Shown in pieces: positions 29,191 to 38,460 of a DNA stretch of 62,822 nucleotides (its first letter is position 1; the number at the start of each line of letters is the position of its first letter). The stretch comes from Chloroflexota bacterium. Its GTDB lineage: Bacteria > Chloroflexota > UBA6077 > JACCZL01. The stretch spans positions 1-62,822 of the forward strand of contig JAUJPG010000033.1 in assembly GCA_030447245.1 (NCBI GenBank), written 5' to 3'. A model generated the notes under the pieces. The model made no database searches. It worked only from the letters and a program-made list of their open reading frames with translations, and was not told where the DNA came from. Both the position numbers and the translations under genes were made by a program.

Positions 29191-29967
29191 TCACGGCAGG
29201 ATCTCGCCAGCGAGGATCCGTCGCTCCTGCCCGTCTCGCGTTCCCAGTCTGAGGGTTCCGTCGCTTGCACCTCCTAGGACAATTCCTTCGATGACTTCCC
29301 CGCCATCGGACACGGTGACTCGCTGCGCGCGGCGCCAGAGACGGCGCTCCCAGGCGGGCCAGAGTGCGGCGGCGAGCTGCGCGGCCGGCAACTCCAGCCA
29401 GGCGTCTAGCCGCTCCAGGATGAGCACCAACAGCTCCCCGCGATGGACCGGCACGCCCGTTTCGAGCATGAGCGACGTGGCGCTGGGGAGCTCGGCCAGT
29501 GTCGCGGCGTCGACGTTGACGTTGATGCCGATCCCGACGACAACCACCCGCTCGGCGCCGTCGTCGGTCGCCTCGGCCAGCACGCCAGCCACCTTCCGAT
29601 CCTGAATGACGACGTCGTTCGGCCACTTGATCGCCGGATCCAGGGCGAGCAACCGTTCGACTGCCTCCGCGACGGCTACCGAGGCAAGCATCGTGAACGC
29701 GTGCGGGGCGGTCTCGCGCGGCCGCAGCAGCACACTGAGCAGCAGCCCGCTCCGCGGGGGCGACGTCCACGGGCGGCCGTGCCGCCCCCGGCCGGCGGTC
29801 TGGTAGTCCGCGACGAACACCGAGCGGTCCGGCCAGCCGCGGCGCGCGGCCTCTCGGGCCAGGTCATTGGTCGAGATGACCGACCGCTCGTGCAGCACGC
29901 GCCAGCCCGGCGGCAGGACGACCCGCTCCAGGAAGCGCCCCAGGTCGTCCTCGGGTCGGCCGCTCAT
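29191..29967 (-). CDS. birA: Biotin--[acetyl-CoA carboxylase] ligase (no HTH)
   Basis: 'STND', 'QTAGRGR.GR.W', 'IKWPND', 'KVAGVL.E', 'GIGINV'. Confidence 0.93.
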   Translation of the reverse strand: MSGRPEDDLGRFLERVVLPPGWRVLHERSVISTNDLAREAARRGWPDRSVFVADYQTAGRGRHGRPWTSPPRSGLLLSVLLRPRETAPHAFTMLASVAVAEAVERLLALDPAIKWPNDVVIQDRKVAGVLAEATDDGAERVVVVGIGINVNVDAATLAELPSATSLMLETGVPVHRGELLVLILERLDAWLELPAAQLAAALWPAWERRLWRRAQRVTVSDGGEVIEGIVLGGASDGTLRLGTRDGQERRILAGEILP

Positions 29968-30107
29968 CGCAGACCGCGATTATAGCAGCGGGGGATTGGC
30001 CCCTCGCCGACCGGTCGCCCCGCGACAAGGCAAGCGCTACGCCTTTGCACGCGTCCTGAACAGAAACGGCTTGCCGAGGTGGGTGGCTCCGGGCGTACCC
30101 TAACAGC

Positions 30108-30749
30108 GTGGATCCAGGCCCTCTCACGCTGCCCATCCTGCTCCTCGGAACCACCAGCGGCGGCAAGATCCGCGAGTTTCGCCAACTGCTCGCCGACCTA
30201 CCGGCCCGCCTGGTTACTCCACCCGAGCTGGGCATCGACGTCGACGTCCTCGAGGGTGAGCGGTCGTTCGCCGAAAACGCCGCGATCAAGGCGCGCGCCT
30301 TTCATGCCGCCAGTGGCGCGCTCACGCTGGCCGAGGACTCTGGCTTCGTGGTTCATGCGCTGGGCGGCGAGCCCGGTGTCCGCTCGGCGCGCTGGGGAGA
30401 GACTGACGACTACGGCGCCAAGAACCGTTTGATCCTCGAGCGGATGGCGGACGTGCCACCACCCGAGCGAACCTGCCGGTACGTGGCTCACCTGGCGATC
30501 GTCGAGCCCGATGGGCGGGTCCACCGCCGGTGCGGATCGCTGGCCGGCTACGTGGCCGCTGAGCCGGCCGGCAGTGGTGGCTTTGGGTATGACCCGATCT
30601 TCTGGCTTCCCGAGTACGGGCGGACGCTCGCCCAGCTCGACCCGAACGAGAAGAATCAGATCAGCCACCGGGCTCGCGCGGTCCGCGACGCGATGCCGCT
30701 GTTGCGGGCGCTTGTTGCCCGACTTGCCGGCCGGCCAACGTCGTCGTAG
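30108..30749 (+). CDS. rdgB: Non-canonical purine NTP pyrophosphatase (Ham1/RdgB)
   Basis: 'GKIREF', 'ENAAIKA', 'EDSG...ALGGEPGVRSAR', 'GFGYDPIF', 'KNQISHR'. Confidence 0.93.
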   Translation: MDPGPLTLPILLLGTTSGGKIREFRQLLADLPARLVTPPELGIDVDVLEGERSFAENAAIKARAFHAASGALTLAEDSGFVVHALGGEPGVRSARWGETDDYGAKNRLILERMADVPPPERTCRYVAHLAIVEPDGRVHRRCGSLAGYVAAEPAGSGGFGYDPIFWLPEYGRTLAQLDPNEKNQISHRARAVRDAMPLLRALVARLAGRPTSS

Positions 30750-30800
30750 GCCCGCCTTGCGTACACCAGCGGCTGATGGGGCGGTATACTTCGGCACGTC

Positions 30801-32006
30801 GTGCCACAGCTTGTTCGCTTTGCCGCCGTCGCTCTGGTGGCGCTGACCTTCGCCCTGGCGTGCGGCCCCCCTCCCTCGTCCGGTACCTCAGCCACGCCCG
30901 GACCGACCAGCTCCGCCAGGAAGGTCCCGGCGCCAACCGCCACCGCGAGGCCGCCGGCCACGCCAGAGCCGCGCAGTCGCAACACGCCGACGCCGGTTGC
31001 CCAGATCCCGCCCGACGTCCGGGTGACCCAGGTGCTGGACAACGTCCAGCTTCCGACCGCGCTCACGTTCGCGCCGGACGGCCGCCTCTTCTTCAACGAG
31101 GTATCCAAGGGGATGGTCAGGATTGTGGACCCGGATTGGACCCTGCGTCCGGAGCCATTCGTCGCGCTCACCGTGCCCGCCCGCACCGAGCAGGGGGCGC
31201 TCGGACTGGCGCTCGACCCAGACTTCGCCCGCAATCGCTGGGTCTACGTCTTCTATACCCAGAAAGACGGGAACAAGGACGATCCGCGGGACAACCGGAT
31301 CGTCCGCTACACCGAACGTGACGGGGTGGCCACCGAGCCGAGAAAGATCATCGACGATCTACCGGTTGGGATCTGCTGTCACAACGGCGGCCGGATCGCC
31401 TTCGGGCCCGACGGCAAGCTCTGGGTCACGGTCGGCGATCAGAACCGCACCGAACGGGCTCAACGGATGAACCAGCTGCATGGCAAGGTGCTGCGAATGA
31501 ATCCGGATGGGACCGCCCCCTCCGACAATCCATTCGCCGACCGGCCGGCGCCGGAGTCGCTGATCTTCGCCCTCGGCTTCCGCAACCCGTGGGGCCTGGC
31601 GTTCCATCCGCGGTCGGGCGTGCCGTACGTCACCGAGAATGGCGACGTCGGGCACGACGAGGTCAACCGGATCGTGCCCGGAGGCAACTACGGCAGCCCC
31701 GAAGTCGACGGCGCGGTCAACGACTCCCGCTTCGTCGATCCCCTGTGGGACTCCGGCGTTGGCCGCGTGGCACCGACCGGCGCGGCCTTCTACACGGGCC
31801 GCGCCATGCCGGAGTACGAGAACGACCTCTTCTTCTGTGCCTTCAACACGGGAGACCTGAGTCGGATACGTCTCGGCGGCGCACACGACGACCAGATCGC
31901 CGACCAGAGTGTGGTCGCCAAGGGCTGCTACCTGGACGTCGCCAACGGCCCGGACGGCGCCCTCTACTTCGCTTCGCCGACCGGCATCCACCGCTTCGGT
32001 CGCTGA
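30801..32006 (+). CDS. PQQ-dependent sugar (glucose/sorbosone) dehydrogenase-family lipoprotein
   Basis: Lipobox 'LAC'; 'GALGLALDPDF', 'HNGGRIAFGPDG', 'GFRNPWG', 'DEVN...GGNYG'. Confidence 0.88.
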   Translation: MPQLVRFAAVALVALTFALACGPPPSSGTSATPGPTSSARKVPAPTATARPPATPEPRSRNTPTPVAQIPPDVRVTQVLDNVQLPTALTFAPDGRLFFNEVSKGMVRIVDPDWTLRPEPFVALTVPARTEQGALGLALDPDFARNRWVYVFYTQKDGNKDDPRDNRIVRYTERDGVATEPRKIIDDLPVGICCHNGGRIAFGPDGKLWVTVGDQNRTERAQRMNQLHGKVLRMNPDGTAPSDNPFADRPAPESLIFALGFRNPWGLAFHPRSGVPYVTENGDVGHDEVNRIVPGGNYGSPEVDGAVNDSRFVDPLWDSGVGRVAPTGAAFYTGRAMPEYENDLFFCAFNTGDLSRIRLGGAHDDQIADQSVVAKGCYLDVANGPDGALYFASPTGIHRFGR

Positions 32007-32845
32007 CCGCCTGGATCAGCGGCCGTCTCGAGGGTCGAGGGTTTCCCGCGCTGCAGCGCCAGTAGCTCGCGGTAGGTGACAAACGTCGCCCTGGCCATCT
32101 CGGCGGACAAGATCAGGCCGAGCGTGGCCTGACGATAGCCCTCCAGCTCCAGGTAACGCCGCCAGAACTCGCGGGCTGGCTGGAGCATCAGGTTACGGGG
32201 TCGTGCTCGGACGCCGCGATCACGGAGGATGTTGGCTTCCAACAAGGCGTAGCGCGCCTGCTTCGCACGAAACTCTTCCAGCGTCTCGTAATTCAGGTGG
32301 AGTAGTGGCTCGGTCAGCACACCGCTCGGCCCGGTCAGCTTGGCAACCTCGTGCACCGTCCGCGACTCGTCGTAGTGCGCCCGTCCACGCCGCAATAGTC
32401 GAAGCTGGCGGTCCGGCCACCACCCGGCATGGCGAATCCAGCGGCCCAGGATCAGGTTGCGACGGGGGATCCAGTACCCGGCCAGGTCGGCACTCGCGCC
32501 GGTCGCGCGCCGCACCTCTCCCGCTAACGCGGGCAGGACTCGCTCGTCGGCATCGACGAACAGGACCCAATCGGTTTCGGCCAGCCTGAGCCCCGCGTTC
32601 CGCTGATGCGAGAAGCCGCCGAACGGCAGTACGGTCACATGCTCGGTGTGGCGGCGAGCGATCTCGGTCGTTCGGTCACGCGTCGCGGCGTCTACCACGA
32701 CCTCGATCCGGTCGGCCCAGGCCAGCGATGCCAGGCACCCATCCAGGTGGTCTTGCTCGTCGCGCGCCAGGACCACAGCGCCGACCGTCGGGCCGTCTGG
32801 CTGCCGACGCCCCGCGGGGTCCCTCGGGTCGGCTCCGCGATTCAG
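31964..32845 (-). CDS. Glycosyltransferase family 2 (WaaE/KdtX-like)
   Basis: 'LARDE', 'QRN', 'FVDADER', 'WWPD.QLRL', 'VHE'; start probably overlaps the upstream stop (~32845). Confidence 0.85.
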   Translation of the reverse strand: MNRGADPRDPAGRRQPDGPTVGAVVLARDEQDHLDGCLASLAWADRIEVVVDAATRDRTTEIARRHTEHVTVLPFGGFSHQRNAGLRLAETDWVLFVDADERVLPALAGEVRRATGASADLAGYWIPRRNLILGRWIRHAGWWPDRQLRLLRRGRAHYDESRTVHEVAKLTGPSGVLTEPLLHLNYETLEEFRAKQARYALLEANILRDRGVRARPRNLMLQPAREFWRRYLELEGYRQATLGLILSAEMARATFVTYRELLALQRGKPSTLETAADPGGQRPKRWMPVGEAK

Positions 32846-34029
32846 TAGCCGACCTCGATCCAGGCGCCGCCGACCTTGTCGTCCTGGTAGGCGATGCCTT
32901 CGTGGATCAGGCCAGCGTAGAAGAACATGCGGTTGTTCGGAGGGCCGACCTGGCGCTCGACGTCCGGCCCGTGATCGACTCGGATGCTGCCTTCGATCGT
33001 CGTCTCTTCGCCAGGTCCCAGGTCGCGGCCGAGCCCCCAGCGGTACGGGTACTTGGAGCCAGCGGCGCCGGGCGATCCGGCCCAGTCGACCCCCAGCCGC
33101 CACAACCCGAGGCGCTCGACGAATTGCCGGTCGGCGATGGCGCTGAAGCTGTCGAAGCTGCTGTAGAGGTGGCCCGGAGGCGGCCCCTGCGTCCGCAACG
33201 GCACGCTCCCGACATTCTTGACCGTCGCATCGATTCGCACGACATCGCCGACCATCACTCGCCGCGGGCTAAACGACACTCGCAGAATTCGAGCGTCGGG
33301 CCGACCGCTGCCGGCGAGTGTGACCGGCACCCTGGCAACCGTGACGTTACCGGCCAGGTCAGTGGCGCGTACCGAAAACTGGTATTCGCCGTCCGGCAGC
33401 GGTCGGTCGTTGACCGTCCCGTCCCACACTTCACGGTACTCACCCGGTTCGAGTAGCTCCTGGGTCCCCAGGTAGACGCGCCGTCCTTCAGCGTCGGTGG
33501 CGAAGGCGAAGACCCGCGCGCGCTTGGTCAGGCGGTAGGTCAGGGCCGCGACGTCGTCTATGCCGTCGAAATTGGGCGAGATCGTCGCCGGGAAGACGGC
33601 GAGATTCTGGATCTCCGGGGGCGCAACGTCGGCGCCGCGAACGGTCACATTCGCGGACACGCTCTGGTGCACGCCGGCCGCGTCGCGGGCTTCGAGGATC
33701 AGGCGGTACTGCCCGTCCGGCAGCGCGCGGCGTTCTTCCGGCCGTTCTGGATCCGGGACCGTACCGTCAAAGGCGTAGACGTAGGTGCCGGGGGCAGGTC
33801 GAAGCTCGTCGGCGCGGAGCGGAACACCGCGGCCGTCGGGCAATCCGAGCGTCAGCGTGATGCGCGCGGGCCGCGTCAGGGTATACGAGAACTGGAGACT
33901 ATCCAGGCTGGAGGGGGTCAGAACCGGGTTGGACAAGGTGGCCTGAGGGAGCAGCGGCTGGGCCGCGACGCAGCCCGCTAGCAACAGCGTCAGCAGGGCA
34001 AGGATGCCGAGTGCAAGCGACCGAGACAC
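32842..34029 (-). CDS. Lipoprotein with FlgD-like Ig domains
   Basis: Lipobox 'LLAGC'; 'ISPNFDGIDD', 'WDG...LPDGEY', 'D.AGN', with a repeated 'FDG...LPDGQY' unit. Confidence 0.7.
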   Translation of the reverse strand: MSRSLALGILALLTLLLAGCVAAQPLLPQATLSNPVLTPSSLDSLQFSYTLTRPARITLTLGLPDGRGVPLRADELRPAPGTYVYAFDGTVPDPERPEERRALPDGQYRLILEARDAAGVHQSVSANVTVRGADVAPPEIQNLAVFPATISPNFDGIDDVAALTYRLTKRARVFAFATDAEGRRVYLGTQELLEPGEYREVWDGTVNDRPLPDGEYQFSVRATDLAGNVTVARVPVTLAGSGRPDARILRVSFSPRRVMVGDVVRIDATVKNVGSVPLRTQGPPPGHLYSSFDSFSAIADRQFVERLGLWRLGVDWAGSPGAAGSKYPYRWGLGRDLGPGEETTIEGSIRVDHGPDVERQVGPPNNRMFFYAGLIHEGIAYQDDKVGGAWIEVGY

Positions 34030-34135
34030 AGGTGGGGACAGGAGTGATTCTCCGGATGGCGGCTGACAACGACCTGGAGAGCGCTGCCGGCGGATCGTAG
34101 CAGCGACGCGTTCGGCGGGACAAGCGTTGATAGGA

Positions 34136-34360
34136 GTTCAGAGTCGTTGGGAGGAGAGTAGGTCAGGGCAGGTAGCGAACGAGCTCCGGTCTTGGAGAGG
34201 CCGGATGCGTTGCCCCACCAGGTGGGACGTGGGTGCCGCTACGCTGGATGGTTCCCGGGGCGTCTCTCGGCCGCTTCAGCCTTTCGGCACGGGGCTGGCC
34301 GCACTGCCAGCCCGCCAGCAGAGCACGCTGCGAAGTCGCTTCGCCCTCCTCACCCTGAGC
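34136..34360. ncRNA. Candidate structured non-coding RNA (unassigned)
   Basis: Intergenic; closing stem GTTCAGAGT..GGGAGG / CCTCCT..ACCCTGAGC, inner stem GTAGCG/CGCTAC, hairpins at 34185-34205, 34214-34226 and 34292-34313. Confidence 0.35.
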
Positions 34361-34434
34361 CCGCGGAGCGCGGCGGTGATTGCTCGACAAAGAACTGCCG
34401 GTACCAGAGCGGCGCAGGCGATTTCGTCGCGAGC

Positions 34435-35412
34435 TCAGGCAGACCGCGGGCTGACCTCGCGAGCGAGAATCTCGAGCAGCTCGGCATTCCCGAGCGGAAC
34501 CGTCTGGAGATACCAGCGCTGGCAGCCCACGCCGCGCAACGCCCTGACCCGCTCGGCGACCTGATCCACCGTCCCGACCAGCGCACCCAGCCCTTGCTGC
34601 ACGGCAATCCACTCCCTCGGGTCGCCATCCTGTTGGGTGTGACTCATCCGCTGCTCGGCACGGCGCTCGAGGTCCCGCTGGTCCGTCCCGACGACACTCG
34701 GCCCGGCCCAGGAATACCTCAAGCTGCCAGGGTCGCGCCCGATGCGCTCGCATGCCTGGACGACGTTCTGTCGACGCGCGCCCCACTCGGCCGGTGTACC
34801 GCCGGAATGGTTGAACTCGTCCGCGAAGCGGGCAGCCAGCTCCGGGGTTCGCCGTAGGCCTTTACCGCCGACGATGATCGGCGGATGCGGCCGTTGCCGC
34901 GGCTTCGGCATCCCTGGCGCATCCTCGACACGATAGTGGCGTCCCGAGAATGTGGCCGAGCCGTTGGCCCACAGCGCCGTGCACAGCGCGAGTGCCTCCT
35001 CCAGACGATCGAACCGCTCGCCGAGCGGCGGGAACGGGATGCCGTACGTCCGGTGCTCCGCCTCATACCAGCCCGCGCCGAAGCCAACTTCGACCCGGCC
35101 GCCGCTCATCTGGTCGACAGTCGCGGCGACTTTGGCCAGCTCCGAGGGATGGCGGAAGGTCATCGGGCTGACCATCGTTCCGAGGCGGATCGTGGCGGTG
35201 TCGCGCGCCAGCCCGGCCAGCGTCGCCCAGGCGTCGGTTGCATCGTTCGTGCGAGCCGACACGATCGGCAGCCAGTGATCAGACCGAAACAGCCCGCCGA
35301 AGCCCAAGTCTTCGGCGTGGCCGGCCACGGCCAGGATCTCTTCGTAGGTCCCGCCTTCCTGGCCTTCGAGCATGACGAAGAAGTCCGATGCCGCCGAGCG
35401 ACGATCCATCAC
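34435..35412 (-). CDS. LLM-class, probably F420-dependent, oxidoreductase (Rv1855c-like)
   Basis: 'EGQEG..Y', 'FRSDH', 'DAWATLAGLARDT..IRLGT.VSP.TFRHP', 'DQMSGGR', 'IVGG'. Confidence 0.85.
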   Translation of the reverse strand: MMDRRSAASDFFVMLEGQEGGTYEEILAVAGHAEDLGFGGLFRSDHWLPIVSARTNDATDAWATLAGLARDTATIRLGTMVSPMTFRHPSELAKVAATVDQMSGGRVEVGFGAGWYEAEHRTYGIPFPPLGERFDRLEEALALCTALWANGSATFSGRHYRVEDAPGMPKPRQRPHPPIIVGGKGLRRTPELAARFADEFNHSGGTPAEWGARRQNVVQACERIGRDPGSLRYSWAGPSVVGTDQRDLERRAEQRMSHTQQDGDPREWIAVQQGLGALVGTVDQVAERVRALRGVGCQRWYLQTVPLGNAELLEILAREVSPRSA

Positions 35413-35489
35413 GTTCCTTTTCGAGTAGACAGGAGTCCGTGGGCGCTAGGGAACACGCCCCCCTTTTCTGCTGTCTCCTGCCTATCCCT

Positions 35490-36722
35490 CTAGCGCTTGG
35501 CGGGAATGATCTCGTTGTACGTCTGGCGCACTTGCTGCATCACCTCGGGGGGGAAGGTCACGCCCTGGTCGGACGCGGCCCTGGTGTTGATCGCCAGGAA
35601 CACGCTCTTGGCGTTTTCGATCGGCAGGTTCTGCGCGGTCGTTCGCCCTGACAGGATCTGGGCGGCCTGGACGCCGCTGTCGTAGCCCTGCTGTTCGTAG
35701 TCGATACCGAGCGCGGCCGAGGCGCCGCGGCCGGCCGACAACGGATCGTTGCCAAACAGCGGCTTCCGGTTGTCGTTCGCAACTTTGACCAGCGCCTCGA
35801 GCGCCGAGACGACCGTGCTATCCGTCGAGATGAAGAAGACGTCGATCTCACGGGTCAGCAGCGATTGGGCGGCCTGGAGCACCTCGTCCGGCTTGGACAC
35901 CGTCTGCTCGATCAGCTCGACGCCGAGCCTGGGCGACACCTCGCGGGCGAGTCGGGTGGCCACCTCAGAGTTGACCTCAGCCGGGTTCCAGATCATCCCG
36001 AATTTCCTGGCGCTTGGAACAATTTGTTGGATCAGCCGCATCGCCTCCTCGACGGGCGGCAGCGCCTGGGTGCCGGTGACGTGCGGCGGCTTGTCGGTCG
36101 GCGACTTGATGACGTCGCGCGCCGCCAGGTAAGGGTCGGCGACGGCGCTGAAGACGATCGTGGGCTTATTGTCGTCGCGGCTGACCGTCAGCCCAGCTTG
36201 CAGCGGCGGCGTGCCAATCGCGATCACCAGGTCATGGTTGGCATCCTTGAAGCGCTGCGCGATCGACGTGACAGTGCTCATGTCGGCCTGCGCATTCTGG
36301 ACGTCGATCCTGAGGTTCTGCCCCTCCACGAAGCCGTATTCGGCGAGCGCGCGGATGGCGCCCTTGCGCGTATCGTCGAGGGCCGGGTGGGAGACGAACT
36401 GGTACGAGCCGATCGAGAACTGTCGGCCGGCCGGCGCGATGTTCGACGGCGCGCCCGCCGCGGCGACCGGCGAAGCGGCCGGCGCCTGACCCGCGGGCTT
36501 GGCGGCCGGGCTCGGCGATGGTGATGGGCTACCGACCGGTTGTGCAGCGGGGCTTGCCGCGGCGCCCGGGCTGGCGATGGCCGGGCTCGCCGCCGCGCTG
36601 CTGGTAGCCTCAGCCGGCTTGGCCGGAGCGGTCGTCGGGCTGGCCGGTGCAGCTGGCGTGCACGCTGCCAGCAGCAGGCTCGAGGCGACCAGCAGCGCGG
36701 CGGGTTGTCGAATCGTGCGCAT
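35490..36722 (-). CDS. ABC transporter substrate-binding lipoprotein (PF04392 / TrpX-like)
   Basis: Lipobox 'LAAC', Ala/Pro linker, 'QFVSHPALD', 'NAQAD', 'VFSAVADP', 'EVNS', 'TDSTV', 'GIDY'. Confidence 0.88.
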   Translation of the reverse strand: MRTIRQPAALLVASSLLLAACTPAAPASPTTAPAKPAEATSSAAASPAIASPGAAASPAAQPVGSPSPSPSPAAKPAGQAPAASPVAAAGAPSNIAPAGRQFSIGSYQFVSHPALDDTRKGAIRALAEYGFVEGQNLRIDVQNAQADMSTVTSIAQRFKDANHDLVIAIGTPPLQAGLTVSRDDNKPTIVFSAVADPYLAARDVIKSPTDKPPHVTGTQALPPVEEAMRLIQQIVPSARKFGMIWNPAEVNSEVATRLAREVSPRLGVELIEQTVSKPDEVLQAAQSLLTREIDVFFISTDSTVVSALEALVKVANDNRKPLFGNDPLSAGRGASAALGIDYEQQGYDSGVQAAQILSGRTTAQNLPIENAKSVFLAINTRAASDQGVTFPPEVMQQVRQTYNEIIPAKR

Positions 36723-36757
36723 CGAAATCCTCCCTTGTCTCCATCGAAGTCATAGGC

Positions 36758-37555
36758 TCATCTGGTTAGCAACAGATCGTCGTCCACCAGGTCGTGCCGA
36801 CGAGCCTGCCGGAAGCGATCGACCAGCCCCTCGACGGTCATCCCACGGCGCTCGCCGCCGCCGACGTCGAGGGCAATCTCGCCCTGGTGCAGCATGATAG
36901 TGCGGGTGCCCACCCGGAGCGCCTGCTGCATGTTGTGGGTCACCATCAGCGTCGTCAAGCGCTGCTCGGCCTGCAGTCGCGCGGTGAGCGTCTCGATGTC
37001 AGCGGCCGCCGTCGGGTCGAGCGCGGCGGTGTGCTCGTCGAGCAGCAGCACGCGGGGCTGCGCCAGCGTCGCCATCAGCAGCGTCAAGGCCTGTCGCTGC
37101 CCGCCGGACAGCAGCCCAGCTGTCGCCGAGAGACGCTCTTCGAGGCCGAGACCGAGCGGTTCCAGCGCGGCCCTGAAGACGCGGCGGCGCTCATCGCTCA
37201 CGCCGCGCCCGAGCCCTCGCGGCTGCCCTCGGCGGCAGGCCAGGGCCAGGTTCTCTTCAACGCTCATCGTCGCTGCCGTGCCGTCGAGCGGGTTCTGAAA
37301 GACGCGGCCGACCAGGCGGCGCGACGATGCTCGGGCTGGCGCGTCAGGTCGCGGCCGGGCAATTGACACGCGCCCGCTGTCCGGCAGAACAACGCCGGGC
37401 GATCGCGTTCAGCAGCGTGCTCTTGCCGCCCCATTCGACCCGACGACGGTCACGAACTCGCCGTCCTCGAGGCGAAGGTCCATCTTGACCAGCGCCCGAA
37501 CGGCGTTGACCGTGCCGCTGTTGAAGGTGACCGAGATGCCGTCCAGCTCGATCAC
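36758..37555 (-). CDS. ABC transporter ATP-binding protein (frameshifted)
   Basis: Partial Walker A 'GKSTLLNAI', 'RVFQNP..GTA', 'LSGGQRQA', 'LLDEHTAALDP', 'VTHN'; frame breaks at ~37340-37440. Confidence 0.85.
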
Positions 37556-38460
37556 ACGCGAGCCACCCGCGCCGCGCCCGCGCGGCCACGCCGCGCAGCC
37601 CGATCGCGCCGCGCAGCCGCGGGGCCGCCAGCGCGATGATCACGATGACCGAGGTGACCAGCCGCATGTCGGTCGGCCCGAGCCCGGCGTACAGGGCTAC
37701 CGCGATGACCAGCCGATAGACCACCGCGCCCACCGCGACGGCAACAATCCCCGCCAGCACTCCACGCGGGCGCAGCAGGGTCTCGCCGATGATCACCGAG
37801 GCCAGCCCCGCGACGATCACCCCCAGCCCCATCCCGACGTCCGCGAACGCCTGGTACTGAGCTACCAACGCGCCAGACAGGCCGACGATCCCGTTCGAGA
37901 GCGCGAGGCCCGCCAGGCGCATCCGATCGGCGTCGACGCCCTGGGCACGGACCATCTTCTCGTTGTCGCCGGTTGCCCGCAGCGCCAGGCCGACGTCGGT
38001 GTGCAGCAGCCAGTTCAGTCCGAGGCCGACCAGCGAGATCAGCACCATGAAGACGGCCGCCGCGCGTAGGTTCGGGTCGGCGATCAGCGTGCGGAAGGGC
38101 GTCAGCACCGTGTCGCCGGCGATCAGCGGGACGTTCGCGCGGTCTCCCATGACCCGCAGGTTGATCGTCCACAGTCCGATCGAGACCAGGATGCCGGCCA
38201 GCAGGCCGTTGATCCCGAATCGACTACTGAGCAGGGCGGTGACCACCCCGGCCAGCGCGCCGGCCAGGATGGCGATCGGCAGCGTCAGCCAGGGATCCCA
38301 GCCACGAACGATCAAGATCGCCGAGACCGCCGCGCCAAGCGGAAAGCTGCCGTCGACGGTCAGGTCCGGGAATGCGAGCATCCGGGAAGGACACGTAGAC
38401 GCCGAGCGCGACCGCCGCGAAGGCGAGACCAAGAGCGACCGCGCCCAGCCAGAGGTTCAT
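37552..38460 (-). CDS. ABC transporter permease (frameshifted near both ends)
   Basis: 'GVYVSF', 'FPDLTVDGSFPLGAA', 'INLRVMG', 'GLALRATGDN', 'MGLG.IV.GLASVIIGE'. Confidence 0.85.

Noticed and set aside
34145-34245. Canonical T-box leader on the plus strand
   Set aside because: No UGGNACC antiterminator bulge and no downstream plus-strand gene.
34235-34295. TPP riboswitch on the minus strand (GTGCC..GGCTGA..CCAGCGTAG)
   Set aside because: The CUGAGA and CCUGAU...UAAUG core elements are missing, and the downstream gene is unrelated to thiamine.
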